From Eledone cirrhosa (Eukaryota), in NCBI GenBank assembly GCA_964016885.1, contig OZ024743.1, forward strand, positions 99,820,001 through 99,884,000: a DNA stretch of 64,000 bases. Direction: 5' to 3'. Positions 23,441-36,820 of the stretch are shown here, in pieces. The notes below the pieces were generated by a model. It saw nothing but the letters and a program-made list of their open reading frames with translations. It ran no database searches and was not told where the DNA came from. Each line of letters begins with the position of its first letter. Within the stretch, counting starts at the first letter, position 1. The position numbers were made by a program, and so were the translations under genes.

Positions 23441-26400
23441 TTCAACTCTTTGTAGTATCTTTACTAGTGTACAGATTGTTGTGAACATTTGCAATTTTTA
23501 ATGTGATGCAATCATAGTGCTGTTTTGTACTTTTCAAGAATGTTTTGCTAATGTGGTTTCCTGTAGTACAGGATGTGAAGAGTTAACAAGGCAACAAGAT
23601 AAAAAGACTTGAAGCAGACGATACAGATGTCTCCAAAGGGAAATAACCCCTGTTCAAACTATTTCAATTCTTATTTGATGTAGTTAGACAGACAGTAAAA
23701 CAGCAAAAAAAGTATTTCAGTTTCTTGGTATCTTTTATTCTTTTTTTAAAACTTCAGCAAAATTTTTGCTTAACAAATTTTATTCTCAATTTACATTATC
23801 TATTCACACTTCTGTCAACTTTTGCACTCGAAATTTTAGTCTCACTTCAAATTTAATCATTTCTTCACCATATTTCTAATGAAAGACACTGCTTATGATT
23901 TTCAAATGATTTTGAGAATAATTAAGAATTCGGAGGGGTTTAGCAACATAACTAACTTCCTTATTATTGAGTTGGCATTTGGAACATAACAAAGATTCTT
24001 ATATAAAATTATGATAGGGAAATCAGATGCTAAACGATGGTGGTGATAAAAACTTTGTATTGTAGGACCAAGAATGGTTTCAAGGGGTATTGGTATCAAA
24101 AGAGTTAAACAATCTTCCTGAGAAAAAATGAAAATATTTTCCATAGAAAAAAATAATTGAAAGTATTTTATTTATTTTTAATACAAAAGATAAATGTGTC
24201 TAATATCTTTAAATAACTGTTCAAGTCCATGACTATCGAAAACGAAATTTTGGCACTAAGAATTATATTTTCCCTTTGTTTTGTTTTTTTTACACTTCTG
24301 CAAATTTTTGGCATAACAAATTCTGGTACAGTTACACAATAAGCAGCCCACCACCCCCACCACCTCCTCACACATTTACACACACACACTGTAACTTGAT
24401 AATTTTTTTTAGAGGGAATTTCATTGAATTTCTATATTTCAAAGATCAGAGTTACAATACTGCAACATTTTTTTTTAATTTCCATTTTTTCCATATTTTA
24501 TTTTTTGCCCAAACTACACCTTCTCCATTTTCGAATACACAACCAACCATAACTTTTTCATTGCTGACAGACATTTTCTCCGAACATTGTTTTTGAAGTA
24601 TATGTTTCAAATATGGAAGCTTAAAATTCTTCAAAAAACAATTTATTCACAAATTCGTTTTTTGTTTTTATTTTCAACTATCTTTTCCTGTAACATTTTC
24701 ATTTTTGATTGTTTTCAAATTTTTTTCTGAAATATATGTTTTAATCTTTTTGATACCAAACCATTTGAGACTGCCTCTGTTCAACAATACAAACCTGTTT
24801 ATTTTAAACTGTTTGTCTTTATATAAAAACCTTCCATCATAATTTTATGTAAGTACCTTTATTAAGTTATGCTTCAAATGTCGTCTTAATAATGAGAAAA
24901 TTACTTATATTACTAAATACTTTTGATTATTTTCAAAATAATATGAAAATCATAAGCAATGTCTTTCATTAGAAATATGATAATGAAAGAGTTAAACATA
25001 GGATATTAAGATTCTGCAAAAACAAAAGTTTTCCTCAAATTCAATTCCTTGGTACTTTGGGAAATTTGTCAGAGATTGTAAAGTTTAACACCTCGATAAC
25101 AGCTAAGGAAAGAATCAGTGCTCAGGGACAGAGATTGTAAAGTTTGTTGTTTAACACCTCGATAACAGCTAAGGAAATAATCAGTGCTCAAGGACAATGA
25201 TTCAGCAATGATTATCCATCTGTCGTGGTCATATAATGAAAGAATGTTCTGCAAAATGACACATGCATTAAGTAGAGGTTTGAGAATGTCAGCTGCTTTG
25301 TCAACAGTTCATTTGGAATTACCTCTAATTAATGTATTTCAAGTATCACAGGTATCAATTGAAATCTCATAAAAGTGTTACTAGAAATAGCCAACTGTTG
25401 GAATCATTAAAATAATTAAAATACCCACCCTATGCTCACACCTATGCAAGTTTAGCTGGCCACCTAGAAAGTTTTTTTGTGTGTTTTAATGATAGGGCCT
25501 AGATCTTCTCATGAAAAGCAGCATGGAATAAAGCATCTTGCTCAAGATCACAACACACCAACTGAAGCAGGAATTGAACCCAACACCTTAAACACTTGGC
25601 CCCATGCCTTCACAACCCTTTGCTGCTATCCAAAAGGAGGACATCTTTATGTAGTCACTCACCCTGTTCATTAGAGCATTGAAATCTGCTCCTGCATTCT
25701 GCACTTCAAGTTCAAATCCTTATCCTTCATCCTTTCAAGGTTAATAAATAAAGTACTGGTCGAGGGTCAGTGGATTGATGGAATTATTAGTGAAACAGGA
25801 TACTTTGCTATATCTGATCTAGCTCTGTGAGTTCTGAGGTCAAATGTTATCTCTTTCAGTCAGAAATTGAGACAGGCAAAGGAAAGATCAATGAAAACAT
25901 TGTTTTCTTAGTCTAATCTAATGATTGACTCCTTTTCTTTTCCCCTTTTAAGGAGGGAGAGATGCCTTGTGCTATTTTCTCCAGTATCTAATTCAACACT
26001 CTTAACAACTTTGCCATCTATCAACATTGCTGATATCAGTGTGCAATATGTGAGTTTATGGTGCCTCCTGAATATAAATATGCTGTTATGCTGCAGAAGA
26101 GAACAAATATGAAGAAATAGATCAAAAGGAAACATTCTACGTGATCCTGAAATGATGCCATAGATGGTTGGCACTCATAAATGATATGATCCAGGCTAAA
26201 AATGCAAAGATTTATGGCTTCTGGGAGCCTTCAAATTATGAAAACATGAAAAAGAATCTACATGGTAATGATGGTGGTGGATGCTGTCATCATCGTCATT
26301 GTCATGATAGGGTTGGTGGTGAAGAGGAGGAGTAGGGGGAAGAGGGGGGGGGTGAAATAAAAAAAGTTTGACATTTTTTAAAAATCAATCAACAAGACCC

Positions 26401-26801
26401 CAGACCTTACCAAGTGGGGTGGAACTCATTAAATCGAATCACAAAATAATGCTTCCAATGGTTTTTCCATTACTGATACTATCTACTTGTCACAACTCCT
26501 GGCAGAAAGAGCAAGGTTAAATAAAGTGTCTTGCTCAAGAACATAATACATCAGCCAGCCCATGAATTGAACTCACAACCTCTCAATTGTAAATCCAATT
26601 CTGTAACCTCTAAGCCATGCACCTTCAACATCATAATTAAATATAATGAGAAAAAAGTTAAGTTGATATTTAATTTGGATGTGCAAAAAATATAAGTGCA
26701 AATTTTATTTTTAGTTTTATGTAGAACATATTTATTCATTGAGCAAAATTAAATACAATAAGAATAAGATTCTAATTTCATTTTGTTTTTCTTGTTTTTA
26801 G

Positions 26802-26846
26802 CTACAGAAACCAAGTCAGCTTTCTTCTCCAACAAAACCATTCAAG
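26802..26846 (+). CDS. Candidate 45-nt exon ((A)TETKSAFFSNKTIQ in phase 1)
   Basis: Branch ttctaat at 26770, long T-rich tract ending in tag, weak donor AAG|gtttct. Confidence 0.3.
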
Positions 26847-27669
26847 GTTTCTCAATTAAATCTAGTTTTAGATTAAATTTGTAACTTACACGCTCTTTCT
26901 GAAGCAATTTAAAATAACATTGCTTTTCAGTTGACACCATTGTGAATCTTTGTTAAAACTTTATTTGATTATCTATCTATTGGTGTTAATCACAGTCTTT
27001 CACATAAGAATAGCAGCATTGAAAATAAAAGAAAGTAGCAATTTTATCTAGACAAATAATGATTGTAAGTAATTAGTGTATAAAAGAGTAGTAGTTCAAT
27101 CTTTAGACAATCAACTAGTTTTCAGTGTTACTGTGAGGAAAAAAAAAGTTAATTGCTGATAGCAGGCAAATACAGACACATTTTAAGCAGAAAAGATACT
27201 AACATTACATGTGGGTGTGTGTGTGTGCATGATAAAAAAGTTTGTTTAACAGCCATGTTGTTTCAGGTTCAGTCCCACAACATGGCTGGCACCAGGTGTC
27301 TTTTCCTATAACCTCAGGTTAACCAATGAGTTCTGAGAGAATATGGCAGACTATAACTGTGTGGAGCCCATCATATATAAATATATATGGCAACCTCTCT
27401 AGTACTGGTGCCATGATAAAATGCACCCAGTCCACCTTGTAAAGTGGTAGTGCTGATATCACAAAAGTAAACCTCCAAGTACACTCTGTAAGGAGGTTGG
27501 TGTTAGGAAGAGCATCCAGCTGTAGAGTCCATGCCAAATATAGAAGATATGGTCTCAAACTGTGACAACCTATCCATCCCATGCCAGTGTGGAAATCAAA
27601 TGTTAAGTCAATGATGATGAAGATGATATATAAATAAATTTGTTTGGTGCTATCCTAATTAATAAAAAT

Positions 27670-27853
27670 AATTGTTTCTACTTTTGGCACAAGGCCAGTA
27701 ATTACCCAGTGCATTACTGGTACTTTATTTTATCGACCCCGTAAGGATGAAAGGCAAAGTCAACCTCGGCGGGATTTGAACTCAGATCGTAAAGGGACGT
27801 AACTATGCTGGAAAGCATGGCGTCCGACCCTCTACTGATGCTGCCAATCCACC
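27670..27853 (-). mobile_element. SINE family M (young)
   Basis: Nearly identical to 30045-30220 and 34845-35030. Confidence 0.9.
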
Positions 27854-27904
27854 CAGATTAATTAATGAAACACTAGCACAAAGTATCTATTATAAGCCAA
27901 ATAT

Positions 27905-28185
27905 ACACGTGGTGATGAATGTTGTTAAGAAAACTGGAGTGAGATGGTTTGGTCATATGATGAGGAAGAATGAAAGTGACTGGTTTAGAAGAATGGTGGA
28001 AATGAATGAGAAAGGAAATAGAAAAAAAAGGAAGACCAAGAAAGACATGGTTAAAGAATATGGAGGGGGAAATATATCCAAGGAGTTGGTGAGGGAGGTT
28101 GTAGACAAGACGGTGAAATGGAGAAGCTTGATATGGGAGCCATAAGATTAACTCCTACTTTTGCAGAGTAAATGGCTTTAAAAAC
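27905..28185 (+). mobile_element. Old RTE-like C-terminal fragment
   Basis: RWFGHMMR...GNRKK...WRSLI. Confidence 0.55.
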
Positions 28186-29689
28186 AATTGTTTTTTATAT
28201 GATATGAGATGAGCTCTCTGAAGGTTTTGTTCTTTATTTATTTCAACATACTGCACCTATTTAAATTAATAATTGAAAGTGTTCAATCATCATCATCATC
28301 GTTTAACATCTATCTTCCACGCTAGCATGGGTTTAGAGGGGACAATATTGACCAAATTTTTAGGTAGCTCTCCTTTCAGGATTTACCTGTTAACCCTTTC
28401 ATGACTGCATTTCTAATGAAAAACACTCTAATTAATTAATGAAGAATTTCGAGGGATTTACTAAATTATTAATTATTTCATTACTAAGATAGTAACTTAA
28501 TGTAAGGTTCTTGTATGAAATTATGTTGGAAGATTTTTATTTTACTTGGAAACTTTTGAAATGGGTGACTTTATTTCATAGAACCAGAGCGAGTTTTGGC
28601 CGGGCTGGTAACAAAAGAGTTAAATCTATAGGATACAGGTATGGCTGTGCAGTTAACCATATGGTTTTAGATTCAGTACCCTTGCATGGCCACCTTGAGC
28701 ACATGTCTTATACTAAAGCCTTGGATTTATTAAGTCCTTGGGAAAGAAATTTAGTAGGCAGAAATTGTGCAGAAGCCCATTGTATATATATATATGTCAT
28801 CATTATCATCATTTAAAGTCTGTGTTCCCTTGGAACAATTGTTTGAGAGGTCATCACAGACCAAGTCAATACTCAAATGGAGCTACTGACCTCTCAGATG
28901 TGCTGGGGGCTTGCATCTCACTTATGTCTCTGCACTCTGCTGAGTGCTTGTATATGCATGTATGTCCATGTCTGTATTTATATCTTATAACTTAGCTATT
29001 CAACAAAAAGAGGTTTATAAAATAATTACCAGACAATTAATAAGAACTGGAGTCAATATGATCAACTAAATCTTTTTAAGGTTCCAACATAACAGCAGTA
29101 TACTAACTGAAAAGTTAACATCCATTACTACAGACATAAGATTGGTAATTGGCATATTTTACCATAAGAGGTAGACATTTTGTCCTTTTGTAAGACAAAA
29201 ATTATAATTCAAAAATTCATCTACATCATTAGAATTTCCCAGTAATTAGATAATCTCATCTGATTACTTCCAAATCTACTCATTAATAGATTAGCATCAA
29301 ATCCTTGGATATATACATCATCAATAATATAGACAAAATCATAACAAGATTAAGAATTACATGAATCAATAGATAAGTAGATAAAAATTTTAATCTGTAG
29401 ATAAATCGATTGATATAATTGCAAATCTATAAAAGAAATTAACATTTCAAAAATCTGCTCTCTTCTAAGAATATTCTTCGTTCTTACCAAAGTCATTAAA
29501 ACTACATTTTTTTTATTACTTTACTGGTTTCTGACAATGGACTGTGGCCATGTCAGGTTTTCTTCAAAAGTTTACTTAATCATACTCACTCAAGAGCTTA
29601 TTTTTTTAAAGTCTGGTACTTATTTTATCGATTTCTATTTGTCAACCTGCTAAGTTATGTGAATTAAACAAACAACACCAGCTATCATT

Positions 29690-29905
29690 TTACAGAGTGT
29701 ACAGGGTGTGTTTTATTGTGTCCACAACATGTATTGGGTGCATTTTATCATAGCACCAGTACTATTGCTTACAGAGTGCAGTAGATGCATTTTATCATAG
29801 TATCAGCACTATCTGATAGAGTATACTGGGTACATTTTATCATGGCACTAGCACTACTACTTACAGAGTATACTGGGTACATTTCATCATAGCATTAGCA
29901 CTACC
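29690..29905 (-). repeat. Degenerate ~47-bp tandem array of the module used in RTE/SINE 3' UTRs
   Basis: acagagt.tactgggtacattttatcat.gcac.agcactac occurs about 4-5 times; also at 31200-31330. Confidence 0.6.
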
Positions 29906-30044
29906 TCTTTTTGGTAGAAAGAAGCAGAGGTGTCATAATTAAAACATTTACAATTCTAAATCTGAGTATTATAACAACTAGTACACTCTTTGTATTGTTG
30001 CCAATTACTTTATCTGCTCAAAGAAAAAATAATAATAATAATAA

Positions 30045-30220
30045 TTGTTTCTACTTTAGGCACAAGGCCAGCAATTACCCAGTGCATTACTGGTACTTTA
30101 TTTTATCGACCCCGTAAGGATGAAAGGCAAAGTCAACCTCGGCGGGATTTGAACTCAGATCGTAAAGGGACGTAACTATGCTGGAAAGCATGGCGTCCGA
30201 CCCTCTACCGATACTGCCAA
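30045..30220 (-). mobile_element. SINE family M
   Basis: Consensus-like copy in (aat)n. Confidence 0.9.
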
Positions 30221-31647
30221 ACACCAAATAATAACTTCAAATAAGTATTCTTCTGAAAAGAGATAAAATTAGAAAACCAAGCAAAAGAAATTTTAGGATT
30301 TTCATAATGTAGTATCAAAATTATGATACTATTTTTAACTAACAATAACCACCTAATTATCTTGGCTATTATGTAACAAATATAAAATTGTAATTTCCAA
30401 CTGATTTCATCACAATAAGAACTTTGTAACATGATAAAAATAAATATTTAATAATTATAATTTGGTGATGCAAAGGTTTTATTTACTTTATAGAAGCCAA
30501 GACAATGTTATTATCTTTGATTTTATCATCACTTTCCGACGCAATTCATTATTATATTCAGAAGCAATGTTTATCATTGTGAGCAATTTAATCAAACTCT
30601 AGCTCAGAGTTCAAAGTGAATAGATGGAATATCCAAAAACATTAATTTACACACTATATAACAGACAATATCAGCATGAGAAAGGAAAGAAAGACAGAAA
30701 ATATGAACTTGCATAAAACAATACACAGTCTGCTGAACCTGACATTTCTCTATGTCAAATTTGAACTGGGTTATGTAATAAGTAATTTATCATGAATAGA
30801 GATGAAAGAGCAGGTCATTGGTGCTATTGGCTGATTGTGAAATATACTTCCAGCATTTTCAAACTAAAGGACATAAATAAAGTTATCTTATATAAAACAT
30901 CTGATGTTTGACATTGTTATATTCTTGGGAGACAATGACTGGTTATGGTCGTGCTTTCATACTGACAACATAGTTCTTCATCATCATCATAATCATTGTC
31001 ATCATCATCATCGTCATCATCGTCTTCATCCTAATCCTCATCCTTATCATCATCATCATTAATCATTATTTAACACCTCTTTTCCTATGCTGGCATGGGT
31101 TAGATGGGTTGTCATGGTCTGTGACTAGATGGGTCAGGGAACCACACCTTCTTCATATATTTCCTTTTTGGCAAGGTTCCTACAGCTAGATAAGCTTCCT
31201 AATACCAATAACTTTACAGAGTGTACCAGGTACATTTTATCAAGACACCAGCACTACCACCTAACAGAGTGTACTGGGTACATTTTATCAAGACACTAAC
31301 ACTACCACTTTACAGTGTACTGGGTACATTTACGAGAGAGACTGTCATATCATTGACATGAATGTAGAGCTATCTCTACTCCTTGGCCTCGTGTCTCTAA
31401 CTGGATATCATAATTAAAATGTTATTGCTATTAGTAAGACATAACTTTCATTGATCCAGTTTGCTGGGCAAAACCAAAAGGTTTCATGCCTTACTTCATG
31501 TTTGGGTGGAAAACTGTAAGAAGCACATACAGCTACAAAAATGTATCCACAGGGGTGCTACTGCATGGTTGCATAACATGCTAGCCATAGCAGATAAGTC
31601 TCCCTCAAATCACACTCTACTATCTTATATACTGGAAGGACATAAAT

Positions 31648-31828
31648 AATTGTTTCTATTTTTGGCACAAGGCCAGCAATTACCCCAGTGCATTACTGGT
31701 ACTTTATTTTATCGACCCCGTAAGGATGAAAGGCAAAGTTGACCTCGGCGAGATGTGATCAGATCATTAAGGGTCGTAACTCTGTTGCAAAGCATGGCGT
31801 CCAACCCTCTACCGATACTGCCAATCCA
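31648..31828 (-). mobile_element. SINE family M
   Basis: Core and head present. Confidence 0.85.
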
Positions 31829-32417
31829 TCAATAATGCAGCCCTGCCATACATCTAAAAAGATAGGATGGTCATATTAAAATGCTTTTTATTGCAGGTTT
31901 GTTCAATCAGGGCTGACCTAAGGCTAAACAACAAAAACAATATCATCAAGCAAGAGCCTTCATGTTGTTGCTCAATCTGCTAACACTTAAAGCCCAAACT
32001 TTCTCAAACCACACCCCACTATCCAGGGTACACTATACCCAAAACATATATGGGATGGTCACAGATAGAATATTTTGATCATGCTTGTTTCATAAGGGCT
32101 GACCTGAGGGATAAACAACAACTGCCTTATAAAATAAACCAAATGATGCAAGCAGAGGAACATAAATGTAAAACAAAACAAATACATCAAATTTCTTTGA
32201 ACCCTTTTGATAACTTGCCTGAAACCAATACAAAACTGCCCATTTTAAAATGTTTATATTTATATTAAAAAACCTTCCATCACAATTTTATGTAAGAAAA
32301 CCAGTGTAATAATAAAAAAAAATTGGCTATTTTACAAGATCCCTCTAAATATTGGATTATTTTCAAACTATTTGAAAACCCTATGCAGTTTTTCATTAGA
32401 AATACGGTGATGAAATA

Positions 32418-32592
32418 TAATTGTTTCTACAATAGGCACAAGGCCAGCAATTATTCCAGTGTATTACTGGTACTTTATTTTATCGACCCCCGTTAGAATG
32501 AAAGGCAAAGTTAACCTCAACAGGATTTGAACTCAGAATGGCAAGGGCCGTAACTCTATGCGTCAAAGCATGGCGTCCGACCCACTACTGAT
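32418..32592 (-). mobile_element. SINE family M
   Basis: Core and B box present. Confidence 0.85.
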
Positions 32593-32790
32593 AGATGATA
32601 ACTATGATTTGAGATGGAGTGTAAAATATCTTAGATGTGGTTTGGCTGTATTATTTCATTAAATCTATATAAAGAGTGCTGTAAATATCAATTATGAAAA
32701 TCAATATAATAATCACTATATTGACTCAACCCAAATCATGATTTTGCTTCATGATCAGTGAACAAAAATGTCAATTGAGTAACCCTACAA

Positions 32791-34040
32791 CAGAGGTCCC
32801 CAACCTGTTTACATGAAAGAACCACATTAACATTCCAAATTTAGATGAGGGCTGCATGTTAGAATTATCCATAGTATTAAAGACAGTTGACATTTTTATA
32901 ATGACAGACTTGCACTTAAAATTGCTGCATGTTCAATTAAAACTCATTAGACACACTTTGTCCCCAAGAAAGTCTTTTGTGTTATCTATATGTTGAAGGA
33001 CACAGAAAAACACTCACACACACGTTTTTTGTCGTTTTTTGAAGTTGCATTGCCTATATGTTGAATTTATTTACACACACACATATCATCATCAACGTTT
33101 AATGTCTATCTTCCACACTAGCATGGGTTAGACAGGAATTGTCCTACTTGAGGCAAGATTGGTCGGGTGACCGTGTCACGCTCGTATAGGACTATCTGGC
33201 AGGTTTTCTACGGTTGGATGCCCTTCCTAACACCAACCACATTTACAGTGTGGAATGCGAGGTTTTTACCATGTTACCTACATGGCCACATTACAGCGTG
33301 GACTGTGTGTTTTTTGTCGTGACACCTACATGACCTCATTAGTTTGGACTGGATGTTGTGGTACCAACATAACTTTACAGAGAAAAGGTGGTGTTGGTGG
33401 GAAGATAGGGTAGGGGTAGTGGGATGGGGTATATATTTGGTTAAGCGGTGCCTACTGACTGTAGGTTTCTCTTTGTACATAGGCAAGTGGGTTTTCTGTA
33501 TTACTACGTAGTGCCAAAGCTCTCGGTCCAGTGACATTGTCTTAGAGAGGTGCAAGTGTGTAAGGTCGGAATTTATCAAATCGTCCCAGGGTTTTCTGGG
33601 TCTGCCTACTCTGTAACATCCATCAATTTTGATCACCCTGCACTTTTTTTATACAACTGTCGTCTTTCATGCGCATCACGTGACCATACCAACGTAGTCT
33701 TCTTTCGAGTAAACAGCATCTGATCCCTCTTATTCCTAATTTCTCATATATATAAATATATATATGAAGTGTGACGAAGAGACTGAGAGACAGATGGAAA
33801 GACGGAGAAACAGGTTTCCTTTTATAATTTAGATTATTACTACTATTATTTTGCAAAGTAGTTTGAATTTCCAGAAAATTGGCACAAATATTTGAAATGT
33901 GGAAAAAAGTCCTGTCATGCAGTTGCTGGGCTACATGCAATCTGCTGGAAAAGAGCACAATTCTTATCTTGTTCTGAGGGCCACACTGAACATCTTTAAG
34001 GGCTGCATGAGGCCCTAGGGCCACAGGTTAGGGATCCCTG
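32791..34040. mobile_element. Non-autonomous hAT (Charlie-like) element carrying a nested RTE
   Basis: TIRs cagaggtccccaacctg / caggttagggatccctg; GC-rich subterminal ggcc motifs; 8-bp TSD not cleanly preserved. Confidence 0.55.
33084..33746 (-). mobile_element. 5'-truncated RTE family C
   Basis: RRLRWYGHVMR...GRPRKPWDD, long UTR and (cat)n tail. Confidence 0.9.
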
Positions 34041-34357
34041 CTACAGAGGATAGCGATGGAGATGAGCTGAAAGAGCAAGGCCAACTTGTAGGGCTTGTTC
34101 TTATGTCATCTCCATCCCAATCATGGTGAGTAGGGAGGTGGTTTGGAGGCCCATAATGCCAGATATTTCCGCCACTGTGAGTTCGATGATAAACTTATTA
34201 AAGAATGGCCACTACTTTGATAGAGAAAGATATATTGAGTGAGAATATCATAGATGTTATTTTGTCATTAGCACAGTCATATCTATATTGGGTAGTTTGA
34301 TCTACCAGCAATAATATACCCTCCAGACCTTCCTTTAACTCTAGTTAGGCTTCTTAA

Positions 34358-34608
34358 CCCTTTCATTGCCGTATTTTTAATAAAAGACACTGCCTATGAT
34401 TTTCAATTAATACTTATGATAATGACAAATGTGGAAGGATTTAGTAATATAACTAAATTTCTCATTATTAACTTGATATTCAGAACATAACAAAAGTTTG
34501 TTCATAAAATTATAATAGAAGATTTAATTTTAAACAGGAACATATTAAAACAAATGGTTTTTCATCATAGAAGCAGAGACACTTTCAGACAGATTGGTTT
34601 CAAATGAG
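34358..34608 (+). mobile_element. TTAA-flanked MITE, family P2 (representative; more than 10 degraded copies, e.g. 23860-24107, 24730-24995, 28390-28622, 37990-38233, 57555-57795)
   Basis: TTAA|ccctttca...aaatgag|TTAA; shared internal motifs aaagacactgc.tatgattttcaa and ttctcattattaa. Confidence 0.65.
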
Positions 34609-34844
34609 TTAATTTTTATACTTTTATTTTGCTAGAATATTAACCTTTTTGTAACCATATTTCTGATGGGATACACTGCTAATAAATTTCAATTAATTTT
34701 GAAAATGTTCAAGAATGGAGAGACATATAACTTATTCATTAATAAGTTGGTATTTGGAACTATACTATATATATATTATGTGTTTTACATAATATATATA
34801 TAGTATAGTTCCAAATACCAACCTATTAATGAATAAGTTATATG

Positions 34845-35030
34845 GGCGGTGGATTGGCAGTATCGGTAGAGGGTCGTACGCCATGCTTTCCAGCATAGTT
34901 ACGTCCCTTTACGATCTGAGTTCAAATCCCGCTGAGGTTAACTTTGCCTTTCATCCTTACGGGGTCGATAAAATAAAGTACCAGTAATGCACTGGGTATT
35001 GCTGGCCTTGTGCCTAAAGTAGAAACAATT
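34845..35030 (+). mobile_element. Full-length SINE family M
   Basis: A box tggcagtatcgg, B box gagttcaaatcc; TSD attatgtgttttacataa. Confidence 0.92.
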
Positions 35031-36196
35031 ATGTGTTTTACATAAGATTGTAAGAAAGGTTTTAACTAAAATATAATCAGTGTAAAATGAGAGATTTTGT
35101 ATCACAACCAAAGGCAGTCCCAGGCATGTTCGTATTGAAAGAGTTAATTGTATCAGCCATCTTAACTTGAGGGGACTGCTACATGGTTATACTACCTGCT
35201 AAAAATAGTTGCCAAATCTCCCTCAAATCTTTAAAGAAGGAAGGACACATAAAATAATGTAATTCTTAATACATGTTTGAGGGGAAAAACAATATCATCA
35301 CTACTGAAACAATTTTTATGCTCACTCAGAGATGACCTGGAGCTAGAGACCAGCAACAACAGTAACCAATGATTTTACAGAAACAGGAGTAAATCAGAGA
35401 TAAATGATTTTTTTTCTCTCTTTGTATGTAGAGTGTATGAGTAGAGGTGGGTTAACCATTAACTTTGTTATCAGAATAAACTGTGAAAGCAACAAAGAGA
35501 TACAAGAAATAAATATATAATGGAAAAAATATCAGGCAATTTAAAAGACCTGAATTTATTAGACAAAAGGAGAAACACAGATCAGCTTTCAACTTTCCAT
35601 ATGAAAATAAGTAAGGTTAGAAATAAGTTGAAGATTTGATTCTTAGCTGTAGGCTGCTATTTTACTTCATGTATGTTAACACTGTTTTTGATAATGGTAT
35701 GTCACAATACCTCAAAGTAACAATTCAATACACAGTGAAGAACACACAGGGAATTGAGTTTGCAACCCACTTATAGCTAGCTATTTCACCCAAACTAGTT
35801 CAACCACCTTTTCATTATCATATTTATAATGAAATACAGAGTGTTTGAATTAATTAACCCTTGTTTTACCATAATTTGATAAAAGATACAGCCTATGATA
35901 TTCAATTAATTTGGAAAATAACCAAATGTTTAGAGGGGCTTAGTAATATAACTAACTTTATTTTGGTTTTGTCCCATAGAACAGGGGACCATTTCAGGCA
36001 ATTTATTCAATGGCTTTCCTACAGTTTCCATCTACTAAATCCACTCAGAAGAGTCTTGGGCTATAGTAGAAAACACTTGCTCCATATGCCATACAAATGT
36101 GCCATTTGGTTGCAAAGGCAAACTTCTTAATCACACAGCCATCCTTGCACCTATTTCATTTTAGAATGTTAAAATGTTCTTTATTTTTTATATATG

Positions 36197-36235
<39 letters not shown>

Positions 36236-36751
36236 ATAAGACGGTCAAATTAAAACAAAAAGTTTAACAAAGATGATAAAAATAACGCTGATTTTAGGGT
36301 ATTAATTTTCATGTGAATTACCACAGATTCTAATTTGTTCATAGTAAATTGTTTGAGAAATTAAGCATTTTCATTAAGCCACTTAAAAAAAGGTTTTACA
36401 GCTTAAACATTAGCTATTCTGAAGCAGAAGACATAGCTAATGACATCCATAGATACCAGTAAATAGATACTTCTAAATTTTGATTCTACTTGAAGGTAAT
36501 TAAGTATTTATTAATCATCACCTTTATATTTTATTCAGTAGTTTCACCTGATTTAATCTGCAATTGCCCCTAAGGTGTCTTGTCACTGTAAGCTGAAGAG
36601 AAGCACTTCTTTTTCTATTTAGCTGTCTATTCAATATGCTTTTGATATCTTCTTCCATGCAGCTTCTGACCTTTTTAAGAGATGAGGATGACAGAGAGAA
36701 AGAGAGGTGGGGAGGGAGTATTTTTTATTTTTAATATTTATTTCCTTACAG

Positions 36752-36820
36752 CTGAATATAAACAAGAGAAAGGGAAGGGGAAGTAAAAGTAGGGGATTAG
36801 AAGCCTGATTCACTGATCAA
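36752..36820 (+). other. Candidate 69-nt exon with stops in all frames (end of CDS or non-coding)
   Basis: Acceptor atttatttccttacag and donor AA|gtaagc, in a repeat-free island. Confidence 0.25.
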
